A model generated the notes under the pieces. The model searched no databases. It saw only the letters and a program-made list of their open reading frames with translations, and was not told where the DNA came from. Made by a program: the position numbers and the translations under genes. Positions 7,891 to 17,821 of a stretch of 64,000 nucleotides of DNA are shown piece by piece; within the stretch, counting starts at the first letter, position 1; every line of letters starts with the position of its first letter. The DNA is taken from contig CAXXTF010000002.1 in assembly GCA_963665775.2 (NCBI GenBank), positions 704,001-768,000 of the forward strand. Reading direction: 5' to 3'. This DNA is from Dehalococcoidia bacterium. GTDB taxonomy: Bacteria > Chloroflexota > Dehalococcoidia > SM23-28-2 > RBG-16-64-32.

Positions 7891-10209
7891 CTACACCCCC
7901 ACCCGCTCCAATGACGCAAACGACAGGAGCAGCTTCTTGATCCCGGCCTCGCCCCGAAAGGCGACGACGATCTGATAGTCGGCGCCGGAGGGCTCGCAGG
8001 AGACGACGATCCCCTCGCCGAACGTGCCGTGCCGCACGTGGTCACCGGCCGCGAACGTCTCCACCGCGCCCGACGGCCCCTCCACAGTCGCGGCGCCGGC
8101 CGCAGCCACGGCGTAACGATGGCGAGCGGCCAAGAGGGTGGGAGCCGCCGCCCGCTGGCTCCGAGCCATCAGCTCCAAAGGGATGTCGGCCAGGAACCGG
8201 GACGGCGGATTGGGCGCGGTATGGCCCCCGAAGGCCCGGCGGAAGGCACGCACCAGGTAGAGGTGCTGCTTCGCGCGCGTCATCCCCACGTAGCAGAGCC
8301 GTCGCTCCTCCTCCAGCTGCGCCGCGTCGCCGCTCTCCAGCGACCGCATGTGAGGCAGCAACCCCTCCTCCAGACCGACGATGAAGACGACCGGGAACTC
8401 CAGCCCCTTGGCGGCGTGAAGAGTGATCAGCGTGACCGCTTCCGCCCCCTCGTCGTACCCGTCAACATCGGTGATCAGAGCCGCGTCCTCCAGGAAGGAG
8501 GAGAGCGCCTGCTCCGGCTTCAGCTCGTCGTACTGCGCCGCCACCGCCCGCAGCTCCTGCACGTTCTCCCATCGCTCCTCGCCGTCCGCCTCCGCCAGCA
8601 GGTAGGCTTTGTACTCCGTGCGGTCCATGACGGCCTCCAGGACATCGGACAGCGAGGCGGCGCCGGCCAGGGCGATGAGCTCGTTGAGGAGGCCCAGAAA
8701 GCGGAGAAGACTGCCGGCGGACCGCTTCTGGAAGGGGTGAGCCCGTGGTTCGACAGGCTCACCACGAGCGGACTGAATACCGCTAATCCTGAGCTTGTCG
8801 AAGGACGGTTCGCCCGCCTGGCCGCCGGCGGTGCTCTCCGGCGAGTCGCGCTCGCTCTCGCCGATGAGCTGGAGGGCGGCGTACAGCGGGATACTGCGCT
8901 CGCCGGCCCAGCGGTTGAGCTCGGCCACTGTCCGGTCGCCGATAGCCCGGTGAGGGACGTTGACGACCCGCAGGAGGGCGATGGAGTCGAAGGGGTTGTG
9001 GACGAGGCGCAGGTAGGCCAGCAGGTCCTTCACCTCGCGTCGCTCGTAGAAGCGGGTGCCACCCACCAGCCGGTAAGGGATGTTGCGACGCACGAACGCC
9101 TCCTCCAGGGGCCGGGACTGGGCGTTCGTGCGGTACATGACGGCGAACTCCCGGTAGGAGCGCTTCTCGCTCTGGGCCAGCCGCTGTGCCTCCCCAACCA
9201 CGAACGCGGCCTCGTCCTCCTCGTTGTACGCCTCGTAGGCCACGACGGGCCCGCCGGCGCCGTTCTCCGTCCACAGCTTCTTCTCCTTACGCTGCTTGTT
9301 CAGGGCGATCACGCCGTGAGCGGAGTCGAGGATGGTCTGGGTGGAGCGATAGTTCTGATCCAGGACGACCAGCTTGGCGTCGGGAAAATCGTGCTCGAAG
9401 TTGAGGATGTTGCGGATGTCGGCGGACCGCCAGGTGTAGATAGACTGATCGGGGTCGCCCACCACGCAGATGTTGCGGTGGCGGGAGGACCACTGCTTGG
9501 CCAGGATGTACTGAGCGATGTTCGTGTCCTGGAACTCATCGATGTGGACGTAGCCGTACCGCTCGGCATACTTCTCCAGGGCCTCCTGGCTCTCCTCAAA
9601 CAGGTGCACCGTCTTCAGGAGGATATCGTCGAAGTCCAGCGCCTCGTTCTGCTCCAGGATCTCCTCGTAGCGGACGAAGGCGCGGGAGGTCACCTCCTGG
9701 AAGTAGTCGGCGACGAGCGCGGCGAACTGGCGCGAGTCCTGGAGCTCGCTCTTGGCCCGCGAGATGGCCGAGAGAATCGCCCGCGGAGCGATGCGCTTAG
9801 CGTCCAGCCCCAACTCCTCCATCGCCCCCTTCAGGACGGCGATCTGATCGGCAGCGTCGTAGATCGTGAAGCTATGGGGGACGCCGATCCGCTCGCCCTC
9901 GACGCGCAGGATGCGGGCGCACACACCGTGGAAAGTGCCCATCGCGATGTCCCGTCCGATCTCCTCGCCGACCAGGCCGAAGACGCGGTCGCGCATCTCG
10001 CGGGCGGCCTTATTCGTGAAGGTAACGGCCAAGATACGGCGGGGGTGCACACGCCGTTCCCGGATGAGGTAGGCGATGCGGTGAGCGATGACGCGGGTCT
10101 TGCCGGAGCCGGGGCCGGCCAGGATGAGCAGCGGGCCCTCCGTGTGCTGCACGGCCTCGCACTGCCTGGGGTTGAGGCTCTCCAGAATCGGTGATGGGAC
10201 CGTGGTCAT
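7891..10209 (-). CDS. pcrA: ATP-dependent DNA helicase PcrA/UvrD
   Basis: AGPGSGKT, DEFQDTN, QNYRST, TLHAAKGLEF, EERRLCYVGMTRA, C-terminal Tudor-like domain; ATG at 10209. Confidence 0.96.
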   Translation of the reverse strand: MTTVPSPILESLNPRQCEAVQHTEGPLLILAGPGSGKTRVIAHRIAYLIRERRVHPRRILAVTFTNKAAREMRDRVFGLVGEEIGRDIAMGTFHGVCARILRVEGERIGVPHSFTIYDAADQIAVLKGAMEELGLDAKRIAPRAILSAISRAKSELQDSRQFAALVADYFQEVTSRAFVRYEEILEQNEALDFDDILLKTVHLFEESQEALEKYAERYGYVHIDEFQDTNIAQYILAKQWSSRHRNICVVGDPDQSIYTWRSADIRNILNFEHDFPDAKLVVLDQNYRSTQTILDSAHGVIALNKQRKEKKLWTENGAGGPVVAYEAYNEEDEAAFVVGEAQRLAQSEKRSYREFAVMYRTNAQSRPLEEAFVRRNIPYRLVGGTRFYERREVKDLLAYLRLVHNPFDSIALLRVVNVPHRAIGDRTVAELNRWAGERSIPLYAALQLIGESERDSPESTAGGQAGEPSFDKLRISGIQSARGEPVEPRAHPFQKRSAGSLLRFLGLLNELIALAGAASLSDVLEAVMDRTEYKAYLLAEADGEERWENVQELRAVAAQYDELKPEQALSSFLEDAALITDVDGYDEGAEAVTLITLHAAKGLEFPVVFIVGLEEGLLPHMRSLESGDAAQLEEERRLCYVGMTRAKQHLYLVRAFRRAFGGHTAPNPPSRFLADIPLELMARSQRAAAPTLLAARHRYAVAAAGAATVEGPSGAVETFAAGDHVRHGTFGEGIVVSCEPSGADYQIVVAFRGEAGIKKLLLSFASLERVGV
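8743..8808. repeat. REP-like palindromic element inserted in frame in pcrA
   Basis: CCGT-gg-TTCGACAGGCTCA..AGCGG / CCGCT..TGAGCTTGTCGAA-gg-ACGG; translates as PSFDKLRISG..ARGEPVEPR. Confidence 0.8.
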
Positions 10210-10218
10210 ACCTCTCGA

Positions 10219-10234
10219 ATAATACAGGTGTTCG
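10219..10234 (-). promoter_or_regulatory. LexA-box-like site overlapping the pcrA -10 element
   Basis: CGAACACCTGTATTAT, 9 nt upstream of the ATG. Confidence 0.5.
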
Positions 10235-10263
10235 GGTACGCGGGGCAATGCGCGGGGGCCTGG

Positions 10264-10892
10264 TCAGCGCAGCGGACATCCCGCGCACTGCGGCAGCAGC
10301 TCCGCCGCCCTGATATGCGTTATGTCGAGCCCTGCCCTGCCCAGGAGGCGGATCGCCGTCCACACCGGCAGACCCACCACGTTGCAGTAGCAGCCTTGGT
10401 ACGAGCCTGCGGGCTGGAACACCTCATCCTGGATGGCGTAAGCGCCTGCCTTATCGAAGGGATCGCCGCGGGCGATCGAGGCGGCGATCTCCTCCTCCCC
10501 ATAGCGCCGCATGCTGACGCGGGTGAGGGCATGATCGATGAGCAGGCGTCGGCCCCAGCGGGCAACCGCCACCGCCGTGACGACCCGATGCCTGCGGCCG
10601 CGCAGGCCAAGGAGCACCGACCGCGCATCCGCGGCGTCACGGGGCTTGCCCAGAATGACCCCACGATGGGCAACAACGGTGTCCGCGGCCAGGATGATCT
10701 CATCGGGATGCTGTTCCGCCACGGCCCGCGCCTTCGTCGCCGCCAGATGTCGGACAACCCGCTCCGGACGAGTACCGTCGCGGGCGGCGCCCTCGGCGAC
10801 CTCCGGGGCCAGAACCTCGAACGGGATGCCCAGCCGCGACAGCAGGTCGCGCCGCCGCGGCGATCGCGAGGCGAGGATGAAAGACGGCCCTG

Positions 10893-10896
<4 letters not shown>
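10264..10896 (-). CDS. maf: Maf family nucleoside triphosphate pyrophosphatase
   Basis: [15 protein letters not shown]...[20 protein letters not shown]; ATGA overlap with the upstream gene. Confidence 0.93.
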
Positions 10897-12113
<1,217 letters not shown>

Positions 12114-12276
12114 GAACACTCTCGCCTTTAGTTTATTCTCAGGATCGCGCGAGGCCAATAGCGCTGTTCGGCGTTTATACTAAATAAGACAGGGCCACAC
12201 CCAGGAATCCTCCATGTCGGTGTGGCCATGATATAATGCGCAACAGTCTATTCGATAGAACAGAGGGCAGAGGTTA

Positions 12277-12837
12277 GTGGACTTCCTGATCCTCGCCGGG
12301 TTGGTGGGAGGGCTATGGGCGTTTCTCCTCTGGCTGAGCATTATAGTCTGGATCTACCGCGACACCCGGGATCGCACCCGCGATCTGGCCCTTCAGGTGA
12401 TGGCCATGTTCATGGCGCTGATGTTCTTCCCGGGGTTCAACATACCGGGGCTGGCCCTCTATTTGATGATGCGGCCTCGCGAGACCCTGGACGAGTCCTA
12501 TGCTCGCTCCCTGGAAGAGGAAGCACTTCTACGCGAGATCGGCGACGAAGCCGCATGCCCGTCCTGCCGGCGGTTCGTGGAGCGGGGATGGCTGGTGTGC
12601 GCGTTCTGCCAGACACAGCTCAAGGACACGTGTGGAGGCTGCGGGCAGTTGATGAGCTTCAACTGGGTCGCCTGTCCCTACTGCGGCGGCCAGCCTAAGA
12701 GCGCCGAACGAGCTCAGAAGGCGCCAACGAGCATGCAGGCCCCTGCGACAGCGAGTGGCGCATCGGGGAAACCGGAGGCAGAAGCCGAGGAGTCAGAGCC
12801 GCTCAGCGCCGAACGCGCAACCCCCAGTCAACACTAG
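12277..12837 (+). CDS. Membrane protein with double zinc ribbon
   Basis: Two to three TM helices followed by CPSC, CAFC, CGGC, CPYC. Confidence 0.85.
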   Translation: MDFLILAGLVGGLWAFLLWLSIIVWIYRDTRDRTRDLALQVMAMFMALMFFPGFNIPGLALYLMMRPRETLDESYARSLEEEALLREIGDEAACPSCRRFVERGWLVCAFCQTQLKDTCGGCGQLMSFNWVACPYCGGQPKSAERAQKAPTSMQAPATASGASGKPEAEAEESEPLSAERATPSQH

Positions 12838-12880
12838 CTATCGAAGCCAACACCTCGCCGGGCCAGCCAACCGCGCTCGC

Positions 12881-13801
12881 CTAATCTGGGCCCGTTAGAC
12901 CGGCCACGTCTATCTCGCTCAGCATCCCCGCCAGGCGACGCAGCTTCGCCTCCCCACCGGCGAAAGGAGCGGCGGCGAACATCGCCTCGATGCGCTCAAC
13001 CGTCGTCACCGTGTCCAGCCCGGTCTGCAGGACGGCGATTTCATCCTCCTCTACCCGGTCCAGAACGTACGAGAGGAGCGGGTAGCCGCCGGTGACGATC
13101 AAGCAGGAGACGCCGGCGTTGAGCGCCGCCAGCTGCAGGTCCGGCTTGTCACCGCGCACGATGACGGCGCTGCTCTGCTGTCCGGCGAAGTAGCCCTGCG
13201 CCGGGTCGGCGCTGATGGACGCGATAACGGGTCGCTCGATCAGATGCTCCTTGCCGGCGTTCAGGCTGCGGGCGCGCGCCTGAACCGCCTCCGCCACCTG
13301 AGCGATGGTAGGGGCAGCCAGGGTTCGATCCTCCGGCAACAGCGCCAGGGGCCGCAGGCCGACGCCCTCGAAGGCGGCGCCGACAGCGTCGCGGCGGCGC
13401 CGGGGGACGCGGTTCAGGATCAGCCCTGCCAGCGATCCTCCCAACGCCTGACAGTATTCAGCCACCCGATCAGGCGACTCGGCACCCGCTACCACCAGCG
13501 CTCGGGCTGCCCCGATCGCCCTCAGAGCCACGGCTGGGTCGCCGCCGGCCGCCTCGACGAAGGTTACATCGTGACCGCTGGCCGTGTCCAGCACCGCGCC
13601 CGGCTCCACCGGCTCGCTGCCGCGCTGGGCGTTGAAGGGGAGGCTGGCAAAGAGCCCGGCATCGGCATCAGCATGCTCATCGCCGGAGAGCCGGAGGAGC
13701 GCCACCGTTCGGCCCGCCCCCTTCAACCGCTGGGCGAGGCCGGTGATAAGGGCGGTCTTGCCGACCATAGGCTCAGGGGATGCGACGAGGAGGACAGGCA
13801 T
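12881..13801 (-). CDS. BioD-like/DRTGG-domain protein (phosphotransacetylase N-terminal family)
   Basis: VGKT P-loop-like start, GLILNRVP, AVIVRGDKPDLQLAAL..CLIVTGG; TGcTATAAT 10 nt upstream of ATG 13801. Confidence 0.85.
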   Translation of the reverse strand: MPVLLVASPEPMVGKTALITGLAQRLKGAGRTVALLRLSGDEHADADAGLFASLPFNAQRGSEPVEPGAVLDTASGHDVTFVEAAGGDPAVALRAIGAARALVVAGAESPDRVAEYCQALGGSLAGLILNRVPRRRRDAVGAAFEGVGLRPLALLPEDRTLAAPTIAQVAEAVQARARSLNAGKEHLIERPVIASISADPAQGYFAGQQSSAVIVRGDKPDLQLAALNAGVSCLIVTGGYPLLSYVLDRVEEDEIAVLQTGLDTVTTVERIEAMFAAAPFAGGEAKLRRLAGMLSEIDVAGLTGPD

Positions 13802-14010
13802 GGCCGGCTGGATTATAGCATGAGCCCCCGCTTCACCGGCTGGAGGGAGAACACGAACGCACCCTTGAGGGTGTGATGCTGCCCACAACAAGCATGACTT
13901 GATGATAGGCTTTCGCCACGCTGCCGCTCTTGCCTGCGCCGGGGAGCCGCATGTATCATATGTGACACCCAGCACTAACGCCCCAAGAGCCGCCTGGAAG
14001 GCCCAGCCAC

Positions 14011-14535
14011 ATGCCACACAGCTCCCGCTTCACCCCGGTCGAGCCTGCCACCGGCAGCGCCGAGATGCTCACCCGCATCGATGAGCTCATCGATGACCTC
14101 CGGCCTAAGCAGGCCGACCTGCTCACAGCCTTCCACCGCATCCAGCACGAGTACGGACACGTGCCTCCGGAGGCGGTCCCTCTACTGGCCGGCAGGTTCG
14201 CCACCACCCCCGCCACGATCTTCGGCGCTATGGACTTCTACTCGGAGGTGCGCACCACGCCGCCCGCACGGACCACCGTCGAGTGGTGCAGCGGCCCCGC
14301 CTGCCTCCTGAAGGGATCGCTGAGAATCCGCCGCGCCCTGGAGGCGATCCTGGGCTGCGACATGGATCAGACGACCGAGGACGGAGCCCTCGGCCTGCGG
14401 CTGGTGCAGTGCGACGGCACCTGCCATATGGCACCCCTTCTACGCCTCGATGGCCGCTATATCGGTCCCCTCAGTGTCAGCGAGGCGATCGGCTGGGCCC
14501 GAGAGCTGAAGGAGAAGGGGGGATTGGGCGCGTAG
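14011..14535 (+). CDS. NuoE/HydC-like [2Fe-2S] subunit
   Basis: IQHEYGHVP, CSGPAC..CDGTC thioredoxin-like 2Fe-2S motif. Confidence 0.9.
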   Translation: MPHSSRFTPVEPATGSAEMLTRIDELIDDLRPKQADLLTAFHRIQHEYGHVPPEAVPLLAGRFATTPATIFGAMDFYSEVRTTPPARTTVEWCSGPACLLKGSLRIRRALEAILGCDMDQTTEDGALGLRLVQCDGTCHMAPLLRLDGRYIGPLSVSEAIGWARELKEKGGLGA

Positions 14536-14572
14536 CTGCAGGAGCTCAAGCCCCCAGCTACCGCCAACCGCC

Positions 14573-16453
14573 ATGCCTATCTACGAAGAGCTCCGGCGCT
14601 CCGCCGACGAGGCCTGGCACCCCTTTGCTCAGCCCCAACGGCCGCTGATAAAGATCGGCCTCTCCACCTGCTCCCGCGCCGTCGGCGCTGGCGATACCCT
14701 GGACGCCATCCGTCGTGAGATAGCGAGCCGTGGCATCGAGGCCGACGTCATGACCACGGGCTGCTGGGGCCTCTGCTACGCCGAACCGATTGTCGAGATA
14801 CACCGGCCGGGCCGCCCGCCCGTGCTCTACCACCAGCTCACAGCCGACAAGGTCCCGGCCCTCATCGAGCAGGCCGTTGCCGCCGACGGCGTCGCCCAGG
14901 TGCACGCCCTGGCCGTCCTGGCGGAGCAGCCCCTGGGCAACGTCCCTCCTCTGCCTTCGCTCCCCTTCTTCGCGCCCCAGGTGCGACGCCTGATGGCTAA
15001 CTGTGGCGTGATCGACCCGGAGCAGATAGACCACTACATAGCTCAGGGCGGCTACGAGGGGCTCAGCCAAGCGCTGGCCATGAGCGACGAGGCGGTCATC
15101 ACGCAGGTGCTGGACGCCGCCCTCTGGGGTCGCGGCGGCGCCGCCTTCCCCACCGGCCGCAAATGGGGATTCCTGCGCGGCGCCAACCGCACCCCGAAGT
15201 ACATCGTCTGCAACGCCGACGAGGGCGACCCCGGCTCCTTCGTTAACCGCAACCTGATGGAGAGCGACCCCCACCTCCTCATCGAGGGGATGACCATCGC
15301 CGGCTACGCCACCGGCGCCTCCCAGGGCTTCATCTACGTCCGCGACGAGTACCCCCTACCGGCGGACCGGACAGATAAGGCCATCCAGCAGGCCCGCGAG
15401 AAGGGCCTCCTGGGCGAGAATATTCTGGGCTCTGCTCAGACGGGCGCCGATCCGGACGGCTTCTCCTTCGACCTGGTCATGGTCCGAGGCGCCGGCAGCT
15501 ACGTCTGCGGCGAGGAGACCGGCCTCATCGCTTCCCTGGAGGACGACCGCGGCATGCCCAAGATCCGACCGCCTTTCCCCGCCGAGGCCGGTGTCTTCGG
15601 CCTGCCCACCAACGTGAACAACGTGGAGACGTACGCCAACGTGCCCCTTATCCTCCGCCACGGCGATCACTGGTACACCGATATCGGCTCGGAGCAGCAC
15701 AAGGGGACCAAGATGTTCTCCCTTTCCGGACAGGTGCAGAGGGCAGGCATCCTGGAGGTGCCCCTGGGAACACCCATGAGCGAGGTCGTTCTGGGCGCCG
15801 GCGGCGGCCCGCCGGAAGGCCGGGCACTGAAGGCCGTCCAGCCCGGCGGCCCCCTCTCCGGCATCGTCCCCGCCGGCGACGTCGACATCCCCCTGGAACC
15901 GGAGCCGTTCCGCGAGCGGGGGATGTTCATGGGCTCCGGCGGCCTCGTCCTCCTGGACGAGAGCAACTGCATCGTCGACCTCTGTATCTACTTCGAATGG
16001 TTCGCCGAGGACGAGTCCTGCGGTCGCTGCACCACCTGCTTCGCCGGCACCCGCCGCCTTCTGGAGATCCTTCGCCGCATCGCCAGCGGCCGCGGCCGCC
16101 CCTCGGACCTGGAGATCATCCGTCTCCTGGCGGACACGATGCGCTACGCCAACTGTGTCCACGGGCAGGCGGCCCCGACGGCCGTGATGTCCATGTTCCG
16201 CTTCTTCGAAGAGGAGCTCATGGAGCACATCGAGCGGAAGCGCTGCCCGGCCAAGGCCTGCCGCGGCCTGGTGCACTACGAGGTCGTGCACCACTCCGAC
16301 CGGCTGCCCCAGGCGGAGGCGATCTGCCCCACGCAGGCGGTGGTGCGGGAGAACGGGAGCTACCGCATCGACCAGGCCAAGTGCATCAAGTGCGACGCCT
16401 GCCGGGAGCAGGCCCCCTACGCCATCGCCCTGCTGGACGATTTCGGGCCGTAG
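14573..16453 (+). CDS. NuoF/HydB-like FMN/NADH-binding Fe-S flavoprotein
   Basis: N-terminal GCWGLCYAEP domain, GRGGAAFPTG, NADEGDPG, YVCGEET, ESCGRCTTC, C-terminal ferredoxin domain. Confidence 0.93.
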   Translation: MPIYEELRRSADEAWHPFAQPQRPLIKIGLSTCSRAVGAGDTLDAIRREIASRGIEADVMTTGCWGLCYAEPIVEIHRPGRPPVLYHQLTADKVPALIEQAVAADGVAQVHALAVLAEQPLGNVPPLPSLPFFAPQVRRLMANCGVIDPEQIDHYIAQGGYEGLSQALAMSDEAVITQVLDAALWGRGGAAFPTGRKWGFLRGANRTPKYIVCNADEGDPGSFVNRNLMESDPHLLIEGMTIAGYATGASQGFIYVRDEYPLPADRTDKAIQQAREKGLLGENILGSAQTGADPDGFSFDLVMVRGAGSYVCGEETGLIASLEDDRGMPKIRPPFPAEAGVFGLPTNVNNVETYANVPLILRHGDHWYTDIGSEQHKGTKMFSLSGQVQRAGILEVPLGTPMSEVVLGAGGGPPEGRALKAVQPGGPLSGIVPAGDVDIPLEPEPFRERGMFMGSGGLVLLDESNCIVDLCIYFEWFAEDESCGRCTTCFAGTRRLLEILRRIASGRGRPSDLEIIRLLADTMRYANCVHGQAAPTAVMSMFRFFEEELMEHIERKRCPAKACRGLVHYEVVHHSDRLPQAEAICPTQAVVRENGSYRIDQAKCIKCDACREQAPYAIALLDDFGP

Positions 16454-16549
16454 CCGCCCCCGCCTTTCACGCCCCTCGCCCAGATGACCGGTGCGCTATA
16501 ATAAACGCTCCCACATCACGCGCCCTTGAGAAGACCGAGGAGGGTTGCC

Positions 16550-17758
16550 ATGACCGACACTACGTATCCCATCGTCTACGGAACGACCTGGTGCCCAGAC
16601 TGCGAGCGCTCCAAGCGGTTCCTGGGTGAGCATCGCATCCCCTACACCTGGGTCGATGTAGAACAGGACGCCCAGGGGATGAGCCGCATCATAGAACTGA
16701 ACAACGGCAAGCAGGCGGTCCCCACTATCGTATTTCAGGATAGCTCCGTCCTCGTTGAACCCTCCAACGCGGAGCTGGCGACCCAACTCGCCATCCCCAC
16801 GAAGGCGGAGCGCGACTTCTACGACCTTATCATCATCGGCGGCGGGCCCGCTGGCCTCACCGCCGCCCTCTACACCGCCCGCGAGGGGATCGACACCCTC
16901 ATCCTGGATCGCTCCGGCCTCGGCGGCCAGGCCGCCATCACCGAACGCCTGGACAACTTCCCCGGCTTCCCCGAGGGGGTGTCCGGCGCCGAGCTCGCCG
17001 ACCGGCTCCAGCGGCAGGCCGAGCGCTTCGGCGTCGAGACGGTAGGCGCTGCCGACATCGGCCATCTCTGGACCGAGGGCGGCTATGTCTGCCTCACAAC
17101 CCGTGAGGGGCACGAGTACGGAGCTTACGCGGCCCTCATCGCCACCGGCTCCACCTACAGGCGGCTGGACGTCCCCGGCGAGGACGACTTCATCGGCGCC
17201 GGCATCCACTTCTGCGCCACCTGCGACGCCGCCTTCTACAAGGACGTCCAGGAGCTATTGGTTATCGGCGGCGGTAACTCGGCCACAGAGGAGGGGCTCT
17301 TCCTCACCAAGTTCGCCCAGAAGGTAACCCTGGTCACCGTCGACTCCGATCTCAGCGCCAGCTCTATCCTCCGCGAGAAGGTGAAGAGCCACCCCCAGAT
17401 GAACGTCGTCTACAACACCACCGTGGCCGAATTCAGGGGCGACAAGCGTTTGGAGGCCGTGATCCTCAAGGATAAGAAGACCGGCGAGACCCGGGAGACG
17501 CGCCCTGCCGGCGTCTTCGTATTCATCGGCATGACTCCCAACACCCGATTCCTCCAGGGGAACGGCGTCAAGCTCAACCAGTGGGGGTTCATCGAGACCA
17601 ACGACCAGCTGCGCACCAGCATGGACGGAGTGTTCGCCGCCGGCGACGTCCGGGCCGGAGCGACGAAGCAGGCCGCCTCCGCAGCCGGCGAGGGGGCCAC
17701 AGCCGCCCTCGCCATCCGCACTCACCTGCAGCGGCGCTCGCCATCACGCGAAATGTGA
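16550..17758 (+). CDS. Glutaredoxin (CPDC)-thioredoxin reductase (CATC) fusion
   Basis: WCPDC..VPTI Grx domain; GGGPAG, ATG, CATCD, GGGNSA, FAAGDV; RBS GAGGAGG. Confidence 0.92.
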   Translation: MTDTTYPIVYGTTWCPDCERSKRFLGEHRIPYTWVDVEQDAQGMSRIIELNNGKQAVPTIVFQDSSVLVEPSNAELATQLAIPTKAERDFYDLIIIGGGPAGLTAALYTAREGIDTLILDRSGLGGQAAITERLDNFPGFPEGVSGAELADRLQRQAERFGVETVGAADIGHLWTEGGYVCLTTREGHEYGAYAALIATGSTYRRLDVPGEDDFIGAGIHFCATCDAAFYKDVQELLVIGGGNSATEEGLFLTKFAQKVTLVTVDSDLSASSILREKVKSHPQMNVVYNTTVAEFRGDKRLEAVILKDKKTGETRETRPAGVFVFIGMTPNTRFLQGNGVKLNQWGFIETNDQLRTSMDGVFAAGDVRAGATKQAASAAGEGATAALAIRTHLQRRSPSREM

Positions 17759-17821
17759 GCGGAGGCGGACCGGCCGCCACAGAGCGTACCTGATCTCCGC
17801 GCCCGGACCCGAGCCTTAGAA

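Noticed and set aside
8029-10194. 721-aa ORF on the plus strand
   Set aside because: Antisense shadow of pcrA, as expected from high-GC codon bias
15430-15460. Short AQTGADPD insert in the NuoF-like protein as another palindromic insertion
   Set aside because: No convincing palindrome; may be an ordinary loop
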